This document shows, in pieces, positions 29,963 through 38,272 of a stretch of DNA of 64,000 nucleotides; positions within the stretch are counted from its first letter, which is position 1; each line of letters opens with the position of its first letter. Source of the stretch: Planctomycetota bacterium (lineage in GTDB: Bacteria; Planctomycetota; JAZDJP01); the NCBI GenBank assembly GCA_043803805.1, contig JAZDJP010000086.1, positions 7,271 to 71,270 on the forward strand, in the 5' to 3' direction. The translations under genes and the position numbers were made by a program. The notes under the pieces are model-generated. The model did no database searches. It was not told the DNA's origin and worked only from the letters and a program-made list of their open reading frames with translations.

Positions 29963-29991
29963 GTAGGGGCGGGTTTGAAACCCGCCCCTAC
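29963..29991. repeat. GTAG-type REP palindrome
   Basis: GTAGGGGCGGGTTT-G-AAACCCGCCCCTAC; overlaps the TAG stop of 29988-30335. Confidence 0.88.
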
Positions 29992-30335
29992 ACGATCCAG
30001 ATCCGAACCCGGTCCTTCCCGGAATCCACGTTCACGATATCCCCCGCGACGCCTTCCAATTGCCGGACGATATCGCCTACATCCACCTGCTTTTCCTTGA
30101 GGCGCTCCGCCACCGCGGCGGGGAGAAGGGGAAGCAACGTTTTCGCAAGCGCGAGGGGCACCTTCACGTTGACCTTGTCTTCACCACCGTCCGCGATGTG
30201 AATATGGAGAAACCGCCCGTTTCCGGATTTTGTCCCGGCACCCGACCCCAGCGCCGTGATGAGTTTTTCGGCGTCTTCCGGTTTGAGTTTGTGGTCCTCG
30301 ACCATCTTCAGAATCTTGAGAATGTCCTCATTCAT
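29988..30335 (-). CDS. SHOCT-like (YvlB/LiaX N-terminal) domain protein
   Basis: MNEDILKILKMVEDHKLKPEDAEKLITAL, VNVKVPLALAK, GDIVNVDSGKDRVRIWI; the usual partner of DUF2089. Confidence 0.8.
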   Translation of the reverse strand: MNEDILKILKMVEDHKLKPEDAEKLITALGSGAGTKSGNGRFLHIHIADGGEDKVNVKVPLALAKTLLPLLPAAVAERLKEKQVDVGDIVRQLEGVAGDIVNVDSGKDRVRIWIV

Positions 30336-30485
30336 CTTCGCCTCCCCTTATAATAACATTCGAAATAATACACTATTACTACATTTCGCAAACGAATAAA
30401 TTACAGTTTATTAAATTATTTATGCAATTATCGTAAGCCCGTTTTCTGGCTAAATGCTGAATGCTAAAGGCTGATCGCAATATGG

Positions 30486-30516
30486 GCTCATCCTTCGACA
30501 GGCTCAGGATGAGCGG
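30486..30516. repeat. REP-like palindromic element (CCTTCGACAGGCTCAGG), copy 2
   Basis: gctcatccttcgacaggctcaggatgagcgg. Confidence 0.85.
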
Positions 30517-30562
30517 TCTTATCCATTCGTGAACGACTCCAAAAATTTATTGAAATTCCTCC

Positions 30563-30594
30563 TTGATAAATACTGTATGTGTGATATCATACAG
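30563..30594 (+). promoter_or_regulatory. Sigma70-like promoter overlapped by a putative GntR/YtrA operator
   Basis: TTGATA-N16-TATCAT, overlapped by the inverted repeat CTGTATG-N8-CATACAG (30573-30594), 21 nt before the GntR start. Confidence 0.65.
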
Positions 30595-30615
30595 CCAAAT
30601 TGATGGCGGCGACGA

Positions 30616-31017
30616 ATGATTCATATCCAAATTGATCCTTCAAGCGGCATACCGGTCTACCGGCAAATCATGGACCAGGTGCGCTACTACACAGCGTCGG
30701 GAACACTCCGGCCCGGGAGCCAACTCCCGTCCATCCGGGAATTATCGAAGGCGCTCTCCATCAATCCGACCACCGTGGTGAAGGCGTATTCGGAACTCGC
30801 GCACGCGGGGGTCATCGAGAACAAACACGGCAAGGGGGTGTTCGTAATGGAATCGCCATCGCGGATGGCGCCGGAGGAAGTCGCCGGCCACCTTCGACGC
30901 ATCGCGAGGCAACTGGCGGTGGAGGCGAATCAAATGAAGGCGACGCGGGAGGCCGTCCTTGAAATCGTGAAAGAAGAATTGGAAGGAATGGGCGGGAAAG
31001 GAAGTGCTGAGTGCTGA
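30616..31017 (+). CDS. GntR (YtrA subfamily) transcriptional regulator
   Basis: IDPSSGIPVYRQI, LPSIRELSKALSINPTTVVKAY, GKGVFV; precedes an ABC transporter. Confidence 0.95.
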   Translation: MIHIQIDPSSGIPVYRQIMDQVRYYTASGTLRPGSQLPSIRELSKALSINPTTVVKAYSELAHAGVIENKHGKGVFVMESPSRMAPEEVAGHLRRIARQLAVEANQMKATREAVLEIVKEELEGMGGKGSAEC

Positions 31018-31038
31018 GTGCTGAGTGCTGGGTGCTGA
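31004..31038. repeat. Heptamer tandem repeat (GTGCTGA)x5
   Basis: gtgctga gtgctga gtgctga gtgctgg gtgctga; supplies the GntR stop codon. Confidence 0.9.
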
Positions 31039-31075
31039 GTTTCCGATACGAGTTGAAAATGAAGAGGAGAACCCC

Positions 31076-31987
31076 ATGGAAGAATTTGTGATCGAGATGA
31101 AGGGGCTGACGAAGGTGTTCCCCGGGGACGTCGTCGCGGTGAACGCGCTGGACATGGCCATCCCGCGAGGAACGGTGTATGGCTTCATCGGGCGGAATGG
31201 CGCGGGGAAGACCACCGCCCTGCGGTTGCTGATGGGATTGCTGCGTCCCAGCGCCGGCCGGACTGAAATTCTGGGGCAGGAGTTGATTTCCGCCCCCCGG
31301 GAGCACCGCGCCCGGGTGGCCTATGTCTCCCAGGAACAGCAGATTCACGCCTGGATGACTCTCGCGGAATTATGCGCGTATGTCGGACACTTTTACCCGA
31401 CGTGGGATCAATCCTATGCGGAGCGGCTCGCCGGGCGGTTCGGCGTGGCGATGGACCGTCAGACGGGGCTTCTGTCCGGCGGGGAACGGCGGAAGGCCGC
31501 CATTCTTCTCGCCCTCGCGGCCCGGCCCGATGTGCTCGTCATGGATGAACCGGCGGCGGGACTCGATCCGATCGCCCGGCGGGAATTGATTGACGCCCTC
31601 GTCGAGACCCTGAACGAAGGCAACGGGCGGACGGTGCTGTTCTCGACGCATATCATCAGCGATCTCGAACGGGTGGCCGATCACGTGGGCATCATGGACA
31701 AGGGGCGCCTCGTGACGTCATCGCCGCTGGCGGATCTTCAGACGTCCACCAAGCGCGTCCAGATGATTTTCCCGGGCGACCGCGTGCCGGAGGGGTTCGC
31801 CCTTCCGGGCGCCATCCGGTCGGAGACGAGCGGCCCCGTGTACACCGCGGTGGTGCGCCAGGCCGACGAATCGGCGCTGGCCGCCGCGGGGGCCGGGCAC
31901 GGGGCGCGGGTGCAGGTGTTTTCGCTCGGGCTCGAGGACATCTTCATCGAGGTGTTCGGAAAGGACGCGAAGAACGAACTAATGTAG
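31076..31987 (+). CDS. ABC transporter ATP-binding protein (YtrB-like)
   Basis: GRNGAGKTT, LSGGE, LVMDEP, FSTH; RBS GAGGAG. Confidence 0.95.
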   Translation: MEEFVIEMKGLTKVFPGDVVAVNALDMAIPRGTVYGFIGRNGAGKTTALRLLMGLLRPSAGRTEILGQELISAPREHRARVAYVSQEQQIHAWMTLAELCAYVGHFYPTWDQSYAERLAGRFGVAMDRQTGLLSGGERRKAAILLALAARPDVLVMDEPAAGLDPIARRELIDALVETLNEGNGRTVLFSTHIISDLERVADHVGIMDKGRLVTSSPLADLQTSTKRVQMIFPGDRVPEGFALPGAIRSETSGPVYTAVVRQADESALAAAGAGHGARVQVFSLGLEDIFIEVFGKDAKNELM

Positions 31988-32011
31988 GGGCACGTTGCAA
32001 CGTGCCCCTAC
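31984..32011. repeat. GTAG-type REP palindrome
   Basis: GTAGGGGCACGTTGCAACGTGCCCCTAC, a perfect palindrome that contains the ABC gene TAG stop. Confidence 0.85.
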
Positions 32012-32032
32012 GGGGTGAAATGGAGGAATGGC

Positions 32033-32923
32033 ATGAATGCAAACGTCGGCATTTCATCGGACCAGTGGCTCTCCCGTCCCATCCGCGGCCTGCTGTACAA
32101 GGAATGGCTCGCCCACCGGAACCTCATTGTCGGGTTCTGGGCGGCATGGCTTGTGTGCGTACCGGTCTTGATGATCTTTCACCACCCGGCGTGGATTTTC
32201 GGATTCGGGTTGTTGTATGCCATCCTCGCCGCCCCGCGGATGGGGGGCATGGACGCGGCGGAGGGATCCGAGGAGTTCGCGTTTTCTCTTCCCGCGACGC
32301 GTTCGGAAATCTACATCACGCGCCTCGCCCTGGGCGGTGGGAATCTGCTCGCCATGATTCTCGCCGGTCTGTTGTGCATCCGGGGAAACCTGCCGCAGAT
32401 GATCTGGGGGATTTTCGTCCAGAGCGGATTCACGGAGGAATTCCCGGCGGTCAGCGGCAACTGGTACGCCTTCGCCTTCGCGGCGCCGGCGGCCGTGTTT
32501 GCCGGGGCGTTTGGATGCGCCATCCTGGCCCGTTCACGTTCCGCGGTTGGTCTTTCCTGGTTGGGCGGGGCACTTTTGGCCGGCATTGTTGCCGGCGGCG
32601 GCCTGATTGCCGAGGCCATCGTCTGGGGGCGGGTGACAAGTTTCATTTCCGTCCCCTTATTGTTGATATTCTCGGCTGGGGGTCTTGTCCTCGGGTATTA
32701 CCGGTTCACCCGCAAGGAAGGCATCAGCCGCCCGGCGCCGGTCCGCGGCGGAAGCCGGTGGTGGGTGTGGGTGGTGGTGGCCGTGGTGATTTTACTTCTG
32801 ATGTCCGTGATTTCTTTTCGATCGGTGAGTAAAAGACCTGCTGGACCCCCGATCCGTATTGAATCTCAAGTCCCGCGCCCGCCCACGGCGCATCCGGTCT
32901 CACCCGTGGAAGAGGGGAGGTAA
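32033..32923 (+). CDS. ABC-2-type permease
   Basis: LLYKEW, EGSEEFAFSLPATRSEIY, about 7 hydrophobic segments. Confidence 0.85.
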   Translation: MNANVGISSDQWLSRPIRGLLYKEWLAHRNLIVGFWAAWLVCVPVLMIFHHPAWIFGFGLLYAILAAPRMGGMDAAEGSEEFAFSLPATRSEIYITRLALGGGNLLAMILAGLLCIRGNLPQMIWGIFVQSGFTEEFPAVSGNWYAFAFAAPAAVFAGAFGCAILARSRSAVGLSWLGGALLAGIVAGGGLIAEAIVWGRVTSFISVPLLLIFSAGGLVLGYYRFTRKEGISRPAPVRGGSRWWVWVVVAVVILLLMSVISFRSVSKRPAGPPIRIESQVPRPPTAHPVSPVEEGR

Positions 32924-32929
32924 CGAAAC

Positions 32930-34561
32930 ATGAACGCAATTGGTTTAGCTGTTCCAGTATTGATGGTGTTGGGAATTGTGGCGTTTGTTTTTCTCTTCCG
33001 CCGCGGTGGGGGCGCATTTCTCATCCCCTCCCGTAGTCGCGCCCCCCGGCCGCGCCACATCGCCGTGCGGATCGTCTGCGGCGTCCTGGGGATTGGTCTT
33101 CTCGTCACGATCGGCATCGGGACGTGGCGGGAGATGCGCGGGGTCTATGCCGCTGACGAACAGGCCGGGGAAATCAAACTTCACCTGCCGAAAAAACCGG
33201 CGCCGGCCCTGCCGAAACCGGCGGAACCGAATGGTTCCGTTTCCATCGGCGAGGCGCGCATTCTGGTCCACATCGTGTTCCTTCAGGGGAACCGGCCGGT
33301 GTATGGCGAGGAGACGGAAATTCACTGGCCCGCCGATCGGGGAAGGCAATTCCAAACAAGCGGCACGTGGGGGGGGACGACATTCACGATCGTACTCAAT
33401 TGGCGGGATCTGGTGGTGATGCAGTTTGGCAATGACGCGCGGGTTGCCCTTGAAATTCAACGGCGTACGGAAATGCGCGGGAAGACGTGGAAAAGTTCCA
33501 GTAGTGGACACGGGAGTTGGACGGTCGGAAATCCGAATGTGATCCAAGATTTGGGCTTCGGTGACTCCCCGAATCTCCTGTCGGTGGTTCGTGGTCCTCG
33601 GATGACCACCCAAATCGTCTGTCTGACGCGCATGGTGGCGCCGGACGATCCGTTGAAGGAGGTTGGTTTGAACGAGATCGCCCGGGACGCCGACGGACGG
33701 CCCGATCAGGAAATTCGATGGTCTTCAAGACGGTATGGCGGCGATGCCCATATGCCGGCCGTCTTCCGGCTGGCCGAGAGCGCGGGATTCTCGTTCGCGA
33801 TTCTTCTCGTGGCGGCCATCCTGCTCGCGCAATGTTTCGCCCGCCGGGGGCTGGCGTTCGCGGGAACGCTCGCAGTCTGCATTCTCTACACCGTCGCGCT
33901 CGACCGCATGGCGCTCGGGATGCACATTGCGAAACTCACGGACAAAACTCAACCGGTGGCCACGCGCTCGCTCGCCGCGGAATCGCTCGCCGGGACGTTT
34001 TTCTATCGCGGCACGGCGTGGGACGCCGCAAAGGCCACAGCCAATGAGTCATCCGCGTCGGAACCACTGCGCAAAATCGCGCTGGAAGTGGCGGAGGCGC
34101 TTCGGCCAAAAGCCGATGTGGAGTTCTCCGCGCCCAAATTCTCCCTGAGTTGGGATCTCAAACATGCGGAGAACGCCTGGTTTCCGATCGAGGAGAAGCA
34201 TTCCGGCAATGGCAGCCATTTCATTCTTCACATCCCGGCAAAGGAAAAGCATCTTGGCATCACGCCAAATCTCGAGATGCGGGTATTGTCGAGAGGAAAT
34301 AACGAAGACGATTGGGGTGCCTATTTGCCCCTATCCTGGGACAATGGACGACTTGGCGTTGAGCTTGGTAGCCATGCGCCACGCGCATCGTACAGTTTGT
34401 TCTCGGGAACGCTGACTTGGAACCACGAACTGAAACAGATGGCGCCAAACATCTCCACCGTTATCTTTCACCTGAACTTCGTGCCCCAAGACCGGCGGAT
34501 TCATGCCATCCAGCAAGACGTAAGCATCACCGTGGAGGTTCGCGCCGACGGGAAAAATTGA
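32930..34561 (+). CDS. Hypothetical multi-TM membrane protein of the ABC operon
   Basis: RBS GAGGGGAGG; about 4 TM segments flanking large soluble regions; no recognised family. Confidence 0.75.
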   Translation: MNAIGLAVPVLMVLGIVAFVFLFRRGGGAFLIPSRSRAPRPRHIAVRIVCGVLGIGLLVTIGIGTWREMRGVYAADEQAGEIKLHLPKKPAPALPKPAEPNGSVSIGEARILVHIVFLQGNRPVYGEETEIHWPADRGRQFQTSGTWGGTTFTIVLNWRDLVVMQFGNDARVALEIQRRTEMRGKTWKSSSSGHGSWTVGNPNVIQDLGFGDSPNLLSVVRGPRMTTQIVCLTRMVAPDDPLKEVGLNEIARDADGRPDQEIRWSSRRYGGDAHMPAVFRLAESAGFSFAILLVAAILLAQCFARRGLAFAGTLAVCILYTVALDRMALGMHIAKLTDKTQPVATRSLAAESLAGTFFYRGTAWDAAKATANESSASEPLRKIALEVAEALRPKADVEFSAPKFSLSWDLKHAENAWFPIEEKHSGNGSHFILHIPAKEKHLGITPNLEMRVLSRGNNEDDWGAYLPLSWDNGRLGVELGSHAPRASYSLFSGTLTWNHELKQMAPNISTVIFHLNFVPQDRRIHAIQQDVSITVEVRADGKN

Positions 34562-34584
34562 TCAACGAAGAATTTTCGTGGATC

Positions 34585-34752
34585 ATGAGCCGAATCAAGA
34601 GATTTCGGGCTTTAAGGAAGCCGCAGTTTCGATTGCGAGTGGATGACCTGCGGGTGTTCTATGACGTGGAAATGAACGAGGTGATGGTTCATGGCATTGT
34701 TGAGAAAAGGCATGCGGACGACTGGCTTTCGGAAAAAGGAGAGCGACCATGA
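34585..34752 (+). pseudogene. 5'-truncated RelE/ParE-family toxin
   Basis: SRIKRFRALRKPQFRLRVDDLRVFYDV is the C-terminal half of RelE; there is no room for the N-terminal half. ATGA overlap with the antitoxin. Confidence 0.75.
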
Positions 34753-35021
34753 GACAAATCGCGTTTGCGGAAGTCAAAGACCACCTTTCGAAATACCTTG
34801 TTGAGGCGGGGAAGGAACAAATCGTCATCACCAAACACGGGAAGCCGGCCGGTGTTCTCTCCGGATTTGAACTGGAGAACGATCCGCGATTCCTGAAAAG
34901 GATCGAGCAGTCAAGAGCCCAAATCCGTGCCGGCCAGGGCATCGATTGGGAACGGATCAAGAAGGAAGATGATGAGCGGACAAGCGCCTCCTCGTCGCGC
35001 CGCATTTCGCGCCGGAAATGA
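34749..35021 (+). CDS. Phd/YefM-family antitoxin
   Basis: EVKDHLSKYL, IVITKHGKPAGVL, ENDPRFLKRIEQSR. Confidence 0.88.
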   Translation: MRQIAFAEVKDHLSKYLVEAGKEQIVITKHGKPAGVLSGFELENDPRFLKRIEQSRAQIRAGQGIDWERIKKEDDERTSASSSRRISRRK

Positions 35022-35027
35022 AGAAGC

Positions 35028-35312
35028 ATGGACGCCATTCAGAGGGAACTCGCCTCCTTCCTCGCCCCCGCCGCCGGAATGCCGGAGGCGGATGCGGAAA
35101 AACTTCTTGAGATCCCCGCCGACACGGCGTACGGCGATTACGCTTTCCCTTGTTTTTCGCTCGCGAAGGCGCTTCGCAAAGCGCCGCCGGCCATCGCGGC
35201 CGGGATCGCGGCGAAACAAGCGGAGGACGTATTCGAGGTCCGGAACAATATCAAAAAGCCCATATTTATTGGGCGCGAACATCGTTTCAGTTCCGTTGTG
35301 AGCGCCCAATAA
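35028..35312 (+). pseudogene. argS: N-terminal fragment of arginyl-tRNA synthetase
   Basis: LEIPADTAYGDYAFPCFSLAKALRKAPPAIA matches the ArgRS N-domain; the frame then runs into the 65-bp repeat and stops. Confidence 0.8.
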
Positions 35313-35320
35313 ATATCTCA
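35256..35320. repeat. 65-bp inverted-repeat element, copy 2
   Basis: Identical to 29410-29474, same orientation. Confidence 0.9.
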
Positions 35321-36445
35321 CAATAATTCCTCCTCCACCCCCAGCACCTTCGCCAGCGCCTCGACGAAGAAATAATCGCCCCACGCGAGGGACTCGTCCA
35401 CCGCCCACCCCTTGTGATAATGGTACACGCCGTGGAGAAGAATCCCCTCCTGCCCCTCGACGCCCCGGGCCAGGAACGGCGGGGCCGAAAGCGCCGCCAG
35501 AATCTGAAGTGCCCCCTCGCGGTAAGCCTTCTGCCGGGCGCCGGACCGGGCGAGTTTCGCCAGGTTCAAAAGCCCCGACGCCGCCGCGGCCGCCGCGGAA
35601 CTGTCGTGAATCCGCCGCTCCCCTTCCGGAACGTGAAAATCCCACCACGGCACGCGCTCCGGCGGCAGATGGGCGAGGAAGTAATCCGCGCATCGCTCGG
35701 CCGCGTCGAGAAACGCGACCTCCCCGGTGTGCCGCGCCGCCGAGCCGAACCCGTAGAGACCCCACACCTGCCCCCGCGACCAGCACGTGTCGGGTCGCAG
35801 TCCCTGATGGGTGGCATGACGCAGGAATTCACCCGTTTCAAGATTAAAAAGCGCTTCCTGCGCGGTCGAACCGTCCGACCGCACCAGATGGCTCAGCGAG
35901 GTGCGGACGTGGCGCAGGGCGATGTCCCGGATCCGCGCGTCCCCCGTCTGTTTCGCCACCCGGAAGAGAAGCCCCACGTTCATCATGATGTCAATGAAGA
36001 GCGAATCCGCCCCCATGTAGGAACAGAGATATTCCCCTTTCGGCCGGAACCGTTTCGCGAGGGTTTCCGCGGCCTCACGGAGGACGGTCTCCACGGCCTC
36101 CGATGGCTGCATCACCGCCCAGCGGCCGTAACTGGCCAGAAACAGATACCCGTGATCGTGGATGTCGGGGTCGAACTTCCGCGGCTCGAGGCGCGTCGTG
36201 TAGCGTTCCGCCTCGTTCCGCCACCAGGGGTCGCCGGTCTTCCGGTAAAAAATCCACATCATCCCGGGGAGAAACCCTTCCGTCCACCGGGGGATGCGCT
36301 CCCGGTCCCGTCCCCACCGGCCGTCTTTGGTGTACATGGGATAGTAGTCGGGATACTTCTCCACCATCCGCCGGACCTGGGATTCGGAGAAGTCGAAGGC
36401 GGATTGGAAGAGTTTCAGGCGGGTGGAATCGGGCATGATTGGCAT
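35318..36445 (-). CDS. Glycoside hydrolase family 88 (unsaturated glucuronyl hydrolase)
   Basis: WTEGFLPGMMW, HDHGY, IDIMMNV, THQG, WSRGQVWGLYGF, PWWDF, DSSAAA, WGDYFFVEAL. Confidence 0.93.
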   Translation of the reverse strand: MPIMPDSTRLKLFQSAFDFSESQVRRMVEKYPDYYPMYTKDGRWGRDRERIPRWTEGFLPGMMWIFYRKTGDPWWRNEAERYTTRLEPRKFDPDIHDHGYLFLASYGRWAVMQPSEAVETVLREAAETLAKRFRPKGEYLCSYMGADSLFIDIMMNVGLLFRVAKQTGDARIRDIALRHVRTSLSHLVRSDGSTAQEALFNLETGEFLRHATHQGLRPDTCWSRGQVWGLYGFGSAARHTGEVAFLDAAERCADYFLAHLPPERVPWWDFHVPEGERRIHDSSAAAAAASGLLNLAKLARSGARQKAYREGALQILAALSAPPFLARGVEGQEGILLHGVYHYHKGWAVDESLAWGDYFFVEALAKVLGVEEELL

Positions 36446-36598
36446 TCCTCTTTCATACCAGTCTTGCGAGTCGGCGAGTCAGCGAGTCTTGAAGCCGTCG
36501 CTCGTCGCTCGTGAAGCGTCGTTCGCAGAACCCCGCAGAAAACCCCCTGCTCGAAACACACAGGGGGAATCGGATTTCCCAATTCCCCACGATATTTC

Positions 36599-38125
36599 TC
36601 ATTCAACGATTTCGACAGTCAATAGTATGTCTTCATCGAACGGCTTTCCTGTATTTTTATAGAAACCCTGAATGCACACAATCACTTCACCTCTGGCTCC
36701 AATCCATTCCTTTAGGTTTACATTTTTTAAATATAACCCACCCGTTACCCGCATACGGGAATAATTATGAGGGGCAATTTGAAGACGCTTATACAAATGA
36801 CGATCTTCCCACTCACTAGTCCCCTCCCCTCCGCTCGAACACCAAGACCCCAAATAGTCCAGAGAAAATGTCAAATCATCAAAACCAGAAACATCAACAA
36901 ACACTTCTTCATTCAACCGGTTCCCAATATCAATCATCACCTTGCCGGCATTTTCTCCGGAAGCCGGCACTTTCCTTGCGCATTCCACAAGCAAGCCTCG
37001 TTCTTTCGAATCTCTTTCCGAAAAAAGTTTAATCGAAGGGGTCCGGTTTCGCCTTTTGACAATGGCCCGGAGATGTTCCCGGTAATCCGAAGGGCGCCAG
37101 ACATATCGGCCATTCCGATCAATATAACTCAAAATCTCATCGCCGGTCTCCCCTTCATTTACCATGGCAAGACCATTCCCAAACGGCTCGGCGAAACAAT
37201 ATCGGCACGAAATCACTTGAACCCCTTCCCGGTTGATAAAACCCCATTTCTTTTTCATCTCCACTTTCGCAAGCCCTTCGGAAAATTCCCAGGCAAAATC
37301 GAATTGAATCGGGATAACGACCTTGCCGGATTTGTCAATATAACCCCACTTCAACACTTTACATCCCTCAGAATCCGTTTCGATCATGCCGACACGAGCC
37401 AGACCCTCATGAAATTCCTCCACCCGATCAAACGACGGCGGAATCACATGTTCTCCCTTTGTGTTGATGAAGCCCCACTTCCTGTTCTTGGGATCGCACA
37501 CGTCAGCAAGCCCTTCACAAAACCATCCCGCGCAATGAAATGTAGCCGGGATCACCATTTCCCCCTTCTTGTTGATATATCCTTCTTTGCCATCCACCTC
37601 CACAGAAGCGAGGCCCTCACAAAAAGGTCCGGCAGACTTGAACGTCGGCGCAATGACCCACTCCCCCATCTTATTGACATATCCCACCTTGCCTTCAGTT
37701 TCAACCCTCAGCAATCCTCCGCGAAAATCCCCCGAATACTTCTCATCCGGCCCAAGCACAAAATGCCCCATTCGATCAATATAACCATCTTTCCCTTCGC
37801 CTTTGTACGGCTCACCAATACTAACGGTAGCCAGACCATCATCAAAACTACTCGCATAATCAAATTGCGGCGGGATAACGAATTTCCCAACTTTATCAAT
37901 GTACCCCCATTTTTTTGAGACCTGAACCGGTGCCAAACCCTCCTTGAAATCGTAATGACAGTTATCGTATTGGGGCGCAATGACAACCTTCCCTTTTTGG
38001 TTTATAAATCCCCATCGCCCTCCATCCCTAATCCGATAAAGATGAGTTGTCTGTTCAACCTGCGTACAGGAGGCCAACGGAAACAAAAGTAACGCGTGAA
38101 TGAACACGGAAACGTTATTGCCCAT
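36599..38125 (-). CDS. WG-repeat (KWG) lipoprotein
   Basis: Lipobox LASC; about 8 repeats of F.EGLA.V...KWG(Y/F)I...G..VI; visibly lower GC. Confidence 0.92.
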   Translation of the reverse strand: MGNNVSVFIHALLLFPLASCTQVEQTTHLYRIRDGGRWGFINQKGKVVIAPQYDNCHYDFKEGLAPVQVSKKWGYIDKVGKFVIPPQFDYASSFDDGLATVSIGEPYKGEGKDGYIDRMGHFVLGPDEKYSGDFRGGLLRVETEGKVGYVNKMGEWVIAPTFKSAGPFCEGLASVEVDGKEGYINKKGEMVIPATFHCAGWFCEGLADVCDPKNRKWGFINTKGEHVIPPSFDRVEEFHEGLARVGMIETDSEGCKVLKWGYIDKSGKVVIPIQFDFAWEFSEGLAKVEMKKKWGFINREGVQVISCRYCFAEPFGNGLAMVNEGETGDEILSYIDRNGRYVWRPSDYREHLRAIVKRRNRTPSIKLFSERDSKERGLLVECARKVPASGENAGKVMIDIGNRLNEEVFVDVSGFDDLTFSLDYLGSWCSSGGEGTSEWEDRHLYKRLQIAPHNYSRMRVTGGLYLKNVNLKEWIGARGEVIVCIQGFYKNTGKPFDEDILLTVEIVE

Positions 38126-38190
38126 TTCTCACACGCCTCCCAAGTCCTCTTTGTGATTTCGCGGTGTGGTTTCCCGAGGTTTTTCCGCGA

Positions 38191-38217
38191 GTAGGGGCGG
38201 GTTTCAAACCCGCCCCT
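38191..38217. repeat. GTAG-type REP palindrome
   Basis: GTAGGGGCGGGTTTCAAACCCGCCCCT; near-identical to the 29963 copy. Confidence 0.85.
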
Positions 38218-38272
38218 CCGATTGCGGGCCCTGTGTCACAGCAGTCTTCCGTGTTTCCGTGGTGTTTCCGTT

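Noticed and set aside
34417-34584. Full-length 111-aa RelE as listed in the ORF track
   Set aside because: The N-terminal part overlaps the upstream membrane gene and has no RelE character. Only the C-terminal half is toxin-like.
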